DNA of 44,294 nucleotides from Veleropilina oligotropha (Eukaryota): NCBI GenBank assembly GCA_048128005.1, contig JBEUKZ010000111.1, positions 372,001 to 416,294 of the forward strand, read 5' to 3'. Shown piece by piece: positions 11,973 to 20,499 of this stretch (position 1 is its first letter; each line of letters starts with the position of its first letter). The notes under the pieces were generated by a model. It saw only the letters and a program-made list of their open reading frames with translations, ran no database searches and was not told where the DNA came from. The position numbers and the translations under genes were made by a program.

Positions 11973-12642
11973 CTTGATCTCGCTCTCGCTCTATCTTGGG
12001 GGGGGGGCACACATGTCCAACATGGCAATGCTTAGCCGTGGTCAGCGCGGCGGTCAGCGGGGCCAGAAACATGCCGTATTTGTGATACAACAGACAGCTT
12101 GCAGTGCACAGCGCGTGTGAGATGAAAGGGTCGGCCTCCAGGTCGGCGATCAGTCGTAGTTGGCTTTCTGGTGAAATGGGCAAGACTGTCCCCGCTGCAC
12201 CCGCATAGAGACGAATAGCTGCAGTCCCCAGGGTCTTCGTCATTTCGGCGCCGAGCTTGGCTTCGTACCATGCGTGGTGCTTATCAACCTCTTCGTCGGT
12301 CATGTCGTCGATCCGGTCAACTGTGAGGTTGCGCCCCAAGTATTTGTGGGCCTGTACTCCAATGGCTAACGCTGCAAGCCTCTCCCGCTTGTTTGCCATT
12401 CCTACGGAGTTACTGACAGGTTCCTCGTGCTGCAAGCAGCCGGTCGTCGAGCGGGGTGGGCCGCAGACGGTCGTTTCTTGTTCGTCATCCATTAGTTGGT
12501 CGAGAAGGCTGTCCATCCTTAAGCGTTTCCAACACCGCCTCGCCGGTCTAATATAACCGTACAGCCAGTACCACAATGTAGCGAGTAGCAGCAACATAAG
12601 GCTCTGGCTGCAAGCAAAGACTATGTATAGAGCGTCCGACAT
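11884..12642 (-). CDS. Viral protein of unknown function (alternative start at 12516)
   Basis: 252-aa open frame directly downstream of the ATPase. N-terminal TM-like stretch and helical core. Confidence 0.65.
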   Translation of the reverse strand: MSDALYIVFACSQSLMLLLLATLWYWLYGYIRPARRCWKRLRMDSLLDQLMDDEQETTVCGPPRSTTGCLQHEEPVSNSVGMANKRERLAALAIGVQAHKYLGRNLTVDRIDDMTDEEVDKHHAWYEAKLGAEMTKTLGTAAIRLYAGAAGTVLPISPESQLRLIADLEADPFISHALCTASCLLYHKYGMFLAPLTAALTTAKHCHVGHVCPPPKIERERDQDDNAGSGPNDSEPREPADREGDGFFGEGP

Positions 12643-12680
12643 GCGCTTGCTCAGTAGATGCTAAGCTTGCTGGGTAGATG

Positions 12681-13313
12681 CTATAGCACACTATAAGCAA
12701 CGGGCTGATCAGTTTTCAACAGAAGCTTAGCGTGTCTGGTCTCTGCCAACAGCCGGCGCACCGCGGTTCTCTCATCCTGCGACGGGATTACGTCATTCTC
12801 GCGGAGACAGTCTTCAAAACTGTCTCCGTCCTTGCAGTGAAAGATCGCTATCCAGCGGGTCTGCTCGCGGAGCTCCTTCAAGACCGAGTTATATTTTTGC
12901 GTCACCACCCACACACTCTGTTCGGCATGCCTCCCGCTAAAGGCCAACTCGGTCAGCATGTCCCATCTCTTGGCTAGGGCCTTGCTGGCGGCGCAGTCGT
13001 CGACCATGTAGAGGGTCGAGTCCCCCTGGAACAGCCGGTAGAACCCCTGCAACCAATCGTGGAGGCGCTCACCGGGAGGGATTATATACACCTCCGGGTC
13101 AGTCCAGATCCACGGACAGGACTGGTATGCTTTGTTGTACTTGATCGTGGGGCAGAGGATTACAATGTGCCGGAACACCCCTCGATAGACCCCTTTCAGC
13201 AGTTCAAGCATGAAAACCGTCTTTCCACAGCCCGTCTGGCCGCATATGATTGCGGAGTGGGGGTCCTTGGTGTGCGGAAACCGTTTAGTACAGGGCTGCG
13301 ACAAATCGGCCAT
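12681..13313 (-). CDS. A32/FtsK-HerA family genome-packaging ATPase
   Basis: Walker A GQTGCGKT, Walker B LYMVDD, and SGRHAEQSVWVVTQ (arginine finger plus sensor). Intact, 210 aa. Confidence 0.92.
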   Translation of the reverse strand: MADLSQPCTKRFPHTKDPHSAIICGQTGCGKTVFMLELLKGVYRGVFRHIVILCPTIKYNKAYQSCPWIWTDPEVYIIPPGERLHDWLQGFYRLFQGDSTLYMVDDCAASKALAKRWDMLTELAFSGRHAEQSVWVVTQKYNSVLKELREQTRWIAIFHCKDGDSFEDCLRENDVIPSQDERTAVRRLLAETRHAKLLLKTDQPVAYSVL

Positions 13314-14588
13314 TCTCGATATTCAGCTGCGCGTCCATGATCACGTACAGGTAAACGTTCAACGGGCCGGCTGCCTCGCCTGTTTTAGTGATTTGGATGG
13401 TGATACCCTCGCTGGCGTTCTCTACCCTCCGGCCTGACCCGTGCAGCTGGTCGTCGTCGGTTACCCGCATGTCTATCCAGAGGCATACTTCTTGGTCAAG
13501 AACTCGCCCAGGTTGACGTCTGCCAGAGCCAGCTCCTTTGCAACCATCGCCACCTCAGGATCCCGCTTGCTGATTGGGTTGGAGGCGAACAGTTTCTTGG
13601 CTTCGTCCCACACCTGGTATGAACGCATGCCCTGGCTGTAGAGTTGATTCGGCACACCCTCAATGGTGACCTCGACCTTTGTTATCTTCGGATTGTAGAA
13701 GGCCTCGGTGTCCCTCGCAAGTGGTGCTGTGTCTCTCGCAGGGTCCTCAAACAGCAGTAGGATCCCTTTCATCGACCTCGCCGGCACGTTCAGGTTAAGA
13801 TTCCACAACGTGTCGCTCTTGTCTCTGGTGAGCTTACGATGTCAGAGCACACGGTCGTAGAGGATGGCGAGGCGGCCCGAGTACTGGTTGCGAATCAATC
13901 TGGCCAGTTCTGCCTGGGTGACCATGTCATACTCCAGGCTAATATTTTCGATGGAGTAGCTGGAGCCGGGGTCGTCTGTATCCCTGATCGTCCTTGAGTG
14001 GTCGTTAAACGTTAGCTCGTACTCGAGCCTGTCCCCCAAAGCGCTCTGATAGAAGGGCATGTGGGATTCCAGCAATTCGAAGTCCAACGGGATGCGGAAC
14101 CGAGGACCGTAAGCGACCGAGATGGCAACATCCTCGGAGACTCTGAAGGCGTCTTTCGCACCAACGCGATGCTTCGTAGTGTTTTGTCCGTCGCTGGTAT
14201 CAATACCTTGGTATTGGGCACTCTTGCGCTCCTGGGGGGTCTTCCAGAGATCGCAATAACACTGGTAGACGTCGGAGTCGTCGATAGACATGATCTCGTT
14301 TCCACTAATCTTGATCGTGGTCTTCTTGATCACGGCACGACCAATGTTCTGAACTACGGTTCTGTTCGGGTTAGCCGAGGTCAGAGAAATGGTAAATGCA
14401 AGGTGGGCAGTCCCCAGAACGATCACGTCATGAGCCCCAATATTCGGGAACCGCACCAACAGCTGCTGGTTGGCGGCGATCGTGGATGGGTTGTTCGTTA
14501 TGGTGACCGACTGGCGTATACCCTTGACCCCGAGGGGCTCTCGAAGTCTGCGGTATGGATCAAGCTTGCATCCATACAGGCTGGCCAT
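13285..14588 (-). pseudogene. Putative double jelly-roll major capsid protein (~435 aa reconstructed)
   Basis: Three ORFs join through an in-frame TGA (13842-13844) and a 1-nt frameshift near 13480 (KYA-L-WIDMR). Beta-rich, typical size, adjacent to the packaging ATPase. The fold is inferred. Confidence 0.75.
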
Positions 14589-14600
14589 GTTGTTGTCGCT

Positions 14601-15914
14601 ATGGCTGAATTAGATGCATATCCAAGCGGTTGTATTCAAATGGTGGAATTCGAGAACCCCGTGTTCGAGCCCGACATCACCGTCGACGATGCTGAGGTTG
14701 GACCCACGGACTGGATTGAGGCAGCGCCACAGGAAGGAACCAGCGGTCTGCGGCAAGAGCTCGTTCAAACCGCGGTTGATGACTACTACAACGCCCTGTC
14801 CAAGGAGGGGCAAACCCCCGCCACGGGGCGTGATTATGCCCGGTTCGATTACGTGGGGGGGCGATTGCAGATGAAGGCCTACCCCCTCATCGATCTCATC
14901 AATTCTAACACCAAGAAACCAAATTCGTTGGCAACCATAGCTGGCCGGAAAGACGGGGGTAAAGCGATCAGAGATGGGTTGGGTTTTGTAGACTGGAAGC
15001 GGAGGGGGAGGGGGCAGAAGAAGCTGTCCTCAAAAAACGTCGCAACTCTTGAGACAATCGACAATGAGTTGAGTGGTGCGGCCGCCAATGTAGACAACGT
15101 AGAACTGCGGGACTTGGGGCGAACTGCTCATGATGCGTCAGCCGCAATCCACACAATGGAGACGACCTTCACAGATGCTGAGGTTGAAGAGATCATAGGC
15201 ACGATGGGGGACCCTCCATTAAATCTTCGTGAGCTTCGCGGGCTTGACAAGGCGATGCAGACAATCCGGGGCGAGCTAACCAACAACCTAGCCAAACTAT
15301 CGGCTTGACGAACACATAGCTCTGGCGAAAAGGAAGCTCGATCAGGCAGATGAAGGGGGGGTGTGGAAGAGTTCGTCCGTCGACGAATCGCGGAACGTTT
15401 GCGCAACTTACAGGATGAACGAGAAGCTCACCTAGAGGCAGCCTCATCAAGCCGGGATGCCCTTCGCTCTCAAATTAGCCGGATCCGAGAGATGATAAGT
15501 CGGATTCTCCACTCAGACACAACACTGGCCGAGCGCGTCCGGACCCTGTTCCGCGAGCAGGGGATCACGATCGTGACTATACTGACCGCGATTGGTATGG
15601 CCATCTCGACTTTGGTACTAGCCCTAACAGGCGGAGCGCCGAGCATCTCACCACCACCACCACCTTCCAGTGGTCACGGCATGAAGGAGTGGGTAAAAAA
15701 GCACCTGCGAAACTTGGGTCGGATTCTGGGTAAACTAGCGGGGAAGGTGGCAGCGGCACTCCCAGGCATGATTGGAAGCCTGATTTCCTGGCTTATCAAC
15801 CTGGTTGGCAAGACAGCGTCGTGGCTTGCTGAGAACCTGTGGGCTGTGATTATATCTGTTGGGGGCTTGCTTCTTATGGCCGCTAGCCAGTTTGGGGTGC
15901 AGCCAGCCAAATGA
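14601..15914 (+). pseudogene. Long coiled-coil protein with C-terminal hydrophobic/amphipathic helices
   Basis: ORFs 14061 (real start probably 14601 or 14640) and 15363 are bridged by an alternative frame LDEHIALAKRKLDQADEGG (15304-15360). C-terminus GITIVTILTAIGMAISTLVLALTGG ... LWAVIISVGGLLLMA. Confidence 0.7.
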
Positions 15915-17181
15915 ACGCTAGGCCAACGACAACGCTGCCCACGATAAGTGCGGTTTTCTCCTCGTCGTGTACCACAGCCCCGGGGGGGGGCACTGGAACA
16001 GCTGCCGCCTCATCGTTTGGATGCTTCGGAGCATCTGCCCGTAAGACTGCGACTTGTGGAATGACCAGTCCTGTTTCTCCAGTATCCCCAGTGGCGTCGG
16101 GTGGAACACTGGCCGCGTTGACGGTCGTATTAAGACCTAGTGTCTGGTCTTCCGTAGCAACGACGATTTCGTTGTTATACCCAGCCACATGCCCTATCCG
16201 CAGGAGCATGTCACTTGGCGCCATGTACAGGCCAACGCCGAATACGAAGTCTACCTTGGACCTGGCATACTGTAGCACCTCCTGGTACCGTTTGATTGCT
16301 GCTGGGAGGTCCACTGGCGATGCGATGGCATCTTCCACGTTCGACAGGTACTGTTTCTGCACGTCAAATGCCGTCCCACTACCCAGAATGCTTGCACGTG
16401 TTTGAGCCTGTGCTCCAAGAATCGCCCAGACGTAGGTCCTGATGGAATCATTGAGCCTTTCCACGCCGGCCCTCGTAAATCCCGCCAACTTGTCCAGAAT
16501 AAACGAAGCCCAACCGTCTGTAAGCGCAGGCGCTTGCGCGATGTAGTCCACGTGCAGATTCGAGTTGGTCGTACCTTTGGTGAAGGACATTCGGCTGGGA
16601 TCATACGCACGACCGATGGAGTGGTAGCCATTGTTCGTCCAGTAGCTGAAAGCAGTGCCGAGCCCATTATTGGGGCCCGCGACTCTCCAGTCGGTGTGCG
16701 GAGACACGTCAAACTCACTGCCGATCTTCTCATACGCCCTGCGGTCATACGGGTTGTCGAATGCATCCCACGTCATGTCTTGTGGTAGTGGCGCCTGAAT
16801 TTCCGACAAGACCCTTCTGATCTGATAGTAGACGTGGAAGGTGAATACGGCTCTGGAGAGGGGGTCGGTGGCATTCAAATGGTCTTCTGCGGATATCCCG
16901 GAACCTGTTGTGGCACACCAGACTGCGACGTTGACCTTGTTCTGCCAAAACCGCATGGGCGTGCTGTTCCAATCCCGTATTAGCCGATCACTCGCGACGT
17001 GAGGGAGGCAGTATTTTTGAAAGACGTCGGGGTAGCCTGCCTCGAATGCAGGATGGGGAGATTCAGACGCGGAGACAACGACGCTTGGTTTTGTAAGCTG
17101 CTCATCTTTGATATTTGCTGGGTACACCACACCGGTCGGATAGGCTGCACTCCTATTAAAAGCAAAGGCGCTCTTAGCCAT
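15883..17181 (-). CDS. Intact ~432-aa viral protein with C-terminal TM anchor, function unknown
   Basis: Long open frame from the ATG at 17181. Aromatic-rich globular part, Pro/Ala-rich stalk, then ALIVGSVVVGLAFIWLAA. Confidence 0.75.
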   Translation of the reverse strand: MAKSAFAFNRSAAYPTGVVYPANIKDEQLTKPSVVVSASESPHPAFEAGYPDVFQKYCLPHVASDRLIRDWNSTPMRFWQNKVNVAVWCATTGSGISAEDHLNATDPLSRAVFTFHVYYQIRRVLSEIQAPLPQDMTWDAFDNPYDRRAYEKIGSEFDVSPHTDWRVAGPNNGLGTAFSYWTNNGYHSIGRAYDPSRMSFTKGTTNSNLHVDYIAQAPALTDGWASFILDKLAGFTRAGVERLNDSIRTYVWAILGAQAQTRASILGSGTAFDVQKQYLSNVEDAIASPVDLPAAIKRYQEVLQYARSKVDFVFGVGLYMAPSDMLLRIGHVAGYNNEIVVATEDQTLGLNTTVNAASVPPDATGDTGETGLVIPQVAVLRADAPKHPNDEAAAVPVPPPGAVVHDEEKTALIVGSVVVGLAFIWLAAPQTG

Positions 17182-17184
17182 ACT

Positions 17185-17841
17185 ATGTTCCACACAGTAA
17201 CGAGTGTTCAAACGGGGACCGCGGTTGCCCTCCTGCAGCCGATTGATAACCGGGAAGGCAAGCTATGTGTCGGCTTGCGGTCGCTCGACTATTGGGTCGG
17301 TTGGCATAACGTACACGCAGGGGCCTTCTGTAAAACCCCCAATACCACCGTGGAGGTGGCACCGGGTTTCTACAGCTTCGATTCCCTCGCCAAGACTATG
17401 AAGAGGTCGCTAGTTAACATGCGGCTGGAGGTAAGCCATGCTACCGGAGTCGCGCAACTCGTTGTTCCAGAGGGGACTCGACTCGCAATAAGCGACGATA
17501 TACGGAAGCTCCTCGGCTTCAACCTTTCTGGGTGGCTACGCCCCGGGACTTATGATGGGAACAAGCCTGTCGGGTTTGCCATTGCAGCGACCCTACACGT
17601 TCATCTGGAGCAGCTCAGTACAACACACAATGTGAAGGACGGCGCCCCGAGCAATATTATCGCGGTGGTCCCTATAACGTTGCAGATGTTCGGTGAGGCT
17701 GCCCACTATCATAGCTATCCAGCCTTCCGGCGACTACAGGCGGGGCTACTCACAGAATTGAAGGTGTATGTCACCGACTCAGATGGTAACCCGCTCGACA
17801 ATCACGGTATGCCTATTTCCGCAGTCCTCGAGATACAATGA
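17185..17841 (+). CDS. Putative minor capsid (penton, single jelly-roll) protein, 218 aa
   Basis: VGLRSLDYWVGWHNV, VAPGFYS, LHVHLEQL..N..DG.PS.IIAVVPI and LKVYVTDSDGNPLDNHGMPISAVLEI resemble Polinton/PLV minor capsid patterns. Confidence 0.75.
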   Translation: MFHTVTSVQTGTAVALLQPIDNREGKLCVGLRSLDYWVGWHNVHAGAFCKTPNTTVEVAPGFYSFDSLAKTMKRSLVNMRLEVSHATGVAQLVVPEGTRLAISDDIRKLLGFNLSGWLRPGTYDGNKPVGFAIAATLHVHLEQLSTTHNVKDGAPSNIIAVVPITLQMFGEAAHYHSYPAFRRLQAGLLTELKVYVTDSDGNPLDNHGMPISAVLEIQ

Positions 17842-18184
17842 GCAGCATCTATGGGACCCTTCTCGCAGAAGAGCCTTCAGCGACCCAGTGGCACTTTGTT
17901 CTTAGTGTGGGGAAGCGCCCAAGAAGGGGCTGGCGAGGAGGGAGTTCATGATTCCAAACACTGGAGGTCGGTTTGGGTTGAACCCAGCCCTTCTAATGAT
18001 CCACATGATGCCGGTCCAGCCGGCCGGGGGCAGCCCCAAGGCATGTTCCATAAGTAAACTTGGCCTGGATTCGGACAAGTTGACCCTCGCCTTTGCCCTC
18101 AAGGCCCCATGGGTGAACATCCTCTATTTGAACGTCAAGGTAGATATTTTGAACCAACAGGCGGAACAGTACAACCACGTATGA
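17838..18184 (+). CDS. Small viral protein, probably frameshifted near 17940
   Basis: ATGA overlap with the penton stop at 17838-17841 and ATGA overlap with the next gene at 18181-18184. Two partial frames tile the gap. Confidence 0.45.
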
Positions 18185-18816
18185 TGGACAACAAACCCTC
18201 AGCGCCAACGCTGTACCCACAACTTGGTGGCGATGTGCTTTCGGAACTGCCGGAGGCACAGTCCTTCCGACTACAGAAGGTGAATGAGCTTCAGGGACAG
18301 CTAGAACGAGAGAGGGACACAAGGGCTGCCCTGTACAAGAAGTACCGAAGAGGCGTGAATGTCGTTGACGGGATAGATTCGGCCCTTGTCATTGCCACCC
18401 TTGGTATGGGTAGCGCTGGCATTGGTCTACTGTCCACAATCGTTGCGGCACCTGTTGTACTGGTGCTGGAATTAGCGGCGTTGGGGTGTGGGCTCGCGAG
18501 TATGGGTGGCAAATACGTTAGCCGCCGCCTCCAAGTGAAGGCTAAGAAGCACAACGAGATTTGAGCACTGGCCGAAAGCAAGCTGAACACTATCAGCGAC
18601 CACGTGTCAAAGGCCTTATCGGACAGGGAGATGTCTGATGATGAGTTCAAACTCGTCACAGACGAGATGGCCAAATAACCGACAATGAAGGCCATGGTTC
18701 GCCTAAAAAGTCTAAAGGCGCACACCGCGGTTTCACAGACCCAAAGCGAGCTAATTGAGCGTGGTCGTAAAGAGGGACGCGCAGAGCTGCTAAAAAAAAT
18801 CGGGGTTGGAGACTAA
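18181..18816 (+). pseudogene. Coiled-coil, two-TM hairpin protein with two in-frame stops
   Basis: FRLQKVNEL..KKYRR, a Gly-rich hydrophobic hairpin, then KAKKHNEI*ALAESKLNTISDHVSKALSDREMSDDEFKLV..K*. Stops at 18562 and 18676, natural end at 18816. Confidence 0.75.
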
Positions 18817-18902
18817 CCATCCAGGTGGAGCGTGGGGGGGACTTCCCCCCTCCCCCTCCCCCGTATTAAAGCTCGAACTCGACAGTGATATCTGAACAAG
18901 CC

Positions 18903-19309
18903 ATGAAATCCATGCTACTTCTGTGCATTGCCGCGGTGTGCTGGCTAGCGGGTGTCTCCCAGGCGTCATCACACGACGACGCATTAATTCTCGAACACTC
19001 GTGGGCCAGGTACCGGAACCACCCCAGTACAATAGAAGGTACGACCACTTGCGGAGAAACTTGCTACGGGACCCACCTCCAGTTCGGGCACCCTCGTGCC
19101 ACTACTTTATTACCGATGGAGAGAATGACTGTGGCCCCGACCCAAATACTGTTGTTTGCATTGAATGCGCTGAGCCGTCATTATGTCGTGGTAAACATGG
19201 GCACTATTTCTCAATGTTGTCTACTGGCTGCGGGGGTGCGTGGAGTCAGATAGGACATCTCTCGCCATGCAACTGCACGTTAGCCGGCGGCAACTACATA
19301 TTTATATAA
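18903..19309 (+). pseudogene. Secreted cysteine-rich protein (~135 aa), one frameshift at ~19093
   Basis: Signal peptide MKSMLLLCIAAVCWLAGVSQA. Restoring one C joins FGHP to SCHYFITDGENDCG and gives 10 Cys in the mature part. Confidence 0.65.
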
Positions 19310-19411
19310 CTGCTGCTCTGGGATTCCCCGCCTTAAAACATATTTTCCGGCTTCCCCAGCGTCAATTCATAGCCTGCCGCACCTATCACCACACGGTTAT
19401 AGTGTGTGCTT

Positions 19412-19482
19412 TACAAATACCATTGATCGCGGCGAGGTATTGTTGCTGTACAAATACCTCGCCGCGATCAATGGTATTTGTA
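19412..19482. repeat. Perfect 30-bp inverted repeat with 11-nt loop
   Basis: tacaaataccattgatcgcggcgaggtatt (19412-19441) is the exact reverse complement of 19453-19482. Confidence 0.95.
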
Positions 19483-19717
19483 CCCTAGCTTCCTGGTCGC
19501 GTTTATTCTTAGCCCATCGGCGTTATGAATCGCTAGTCGCTTTTGCAAACGTTATCTAAAAAGCTAGCTCAACAAAATAACTGTCACCGTTTTGTTGAAG
19601 TCACAAAGTTTCTTGACGAGAAATTTTTTCGTGGACAGTTATTGTGCTGGGTCATCGGATGAGTCGACAGTTTCTGTGTTGAGCTAGCAATAACGCGTCT
19701 CGACACTGATAAAACAC

Positions 19718-19915
19718 AGGCCCCTAGTCTAAACTGCCTTAGTTTCGGACGGCACTGGGAGCCACCCCCAGGGGCCCCGGGACCCCCCTGCATTATTCTA
19801 AAATGCCCCCTGCTGACTATTCTAAGCTACCCGAGTTTCGGATGGCGCTGGGAGCCTCCCCGGCGGCCGTGAGCCCCTAGTCTAAACCGCCTTAGTTCCC
19901 CCCTCCGGATCAACT
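19718..19915. repeat. Candidate right terminal repeat region of the viral element
   Basis: Duplicated gcccctagtctaaac(t/c)gccttagtt, agtttcgga(c/t)ggc(a/g)ctgggagcc and cccctgc..tattctaa. The GC-rich tract ends at ACT 19913-19915. Confidence 0.55.
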
Positions 19916-20499
19916 GAATATCGAAAAAAAAAAATTCCTAAAGAACTAGAGATAGATCTGGTAATGATGAAATTAATTTGCTGAAAACTAAGAAATATAA
20001 CTCATCATCCTATCGATCTCTCGAGTAAAAGGTAGAACATCACAAAACTACACGCATGGCTCCGGCGATTTGGTACGGCTCTGTAGTTTATAGCTAACTG
20101 ACCGACGGTCAGAAAAGCTATTGTCATGATGCTTTGTCCATTCGTCTGTCTGGCTGTCGTCTGTCCGGAGCTGGATCTCGGAAACCGTCTGATAACTTGT
20201 TCTCTAATTTTGCCAGATTGTAGATTGGGTAAATACATGAACCTGTTTTTTTTCGGAATTTTTATCGAATAACTATTAGGCCAATTTCAGGTCAAAAACG
20301 TCAATTTTGGTCTATTTTAGACATAATGACCACTTACTCATTACTCATGAATAGTTATTAATCGGCATGACTGCATATAATAACAACACAAACACAGAAA
20401 TATCGTGAATTAATATATGGTTAGGGATGAGGCGTAATATAATGGCGAAGAAATTATTAATGTAGTGTTAAGCTCCAAATCATCTATAAAGCATTGTCA

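Larger units (their letters stand above)
7180..19915. mobile_element. Endogenous Polinton/adintovirus-like virus (left part not in the window)
   Basis: Visibly GC-rich, intronless, abutting or overlapping ORFs. PolB, integrase, packaging ATPase and capsid-like genes co-occur. Repeat-rich right end finishing in ...CAACT. Confidence 0.9.

Noticed and set aside
11434..12120. 228-aa plus-strand ORF and similar antisense ORFs in the viral block
   Set aside because: Expected in GC-rich DNA opposite real genes, and they show no motifs.
14061..14600. N-terminal 180 aa of the 415-aa ORF
   Set aside because: Antisense shadow of the capsid gene from a non-ATG start. The real start is probably 14601 or 14640.
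16999..17184. N-terminal extension of the penton ORF
   Set aside because: Antisense to the 432-aa gene with a GTG start. Capsid-like sequence begins at ATG 17185.
7180..19915. Bacterial prophage or contamination, or a Helitron
   Set aside because: The rve integrase with A32-type ATPase is Polinton-like, the block joins a spliced eukaryotic transposon, and no Rep HUH/Y2 motifs accompany the helicase.
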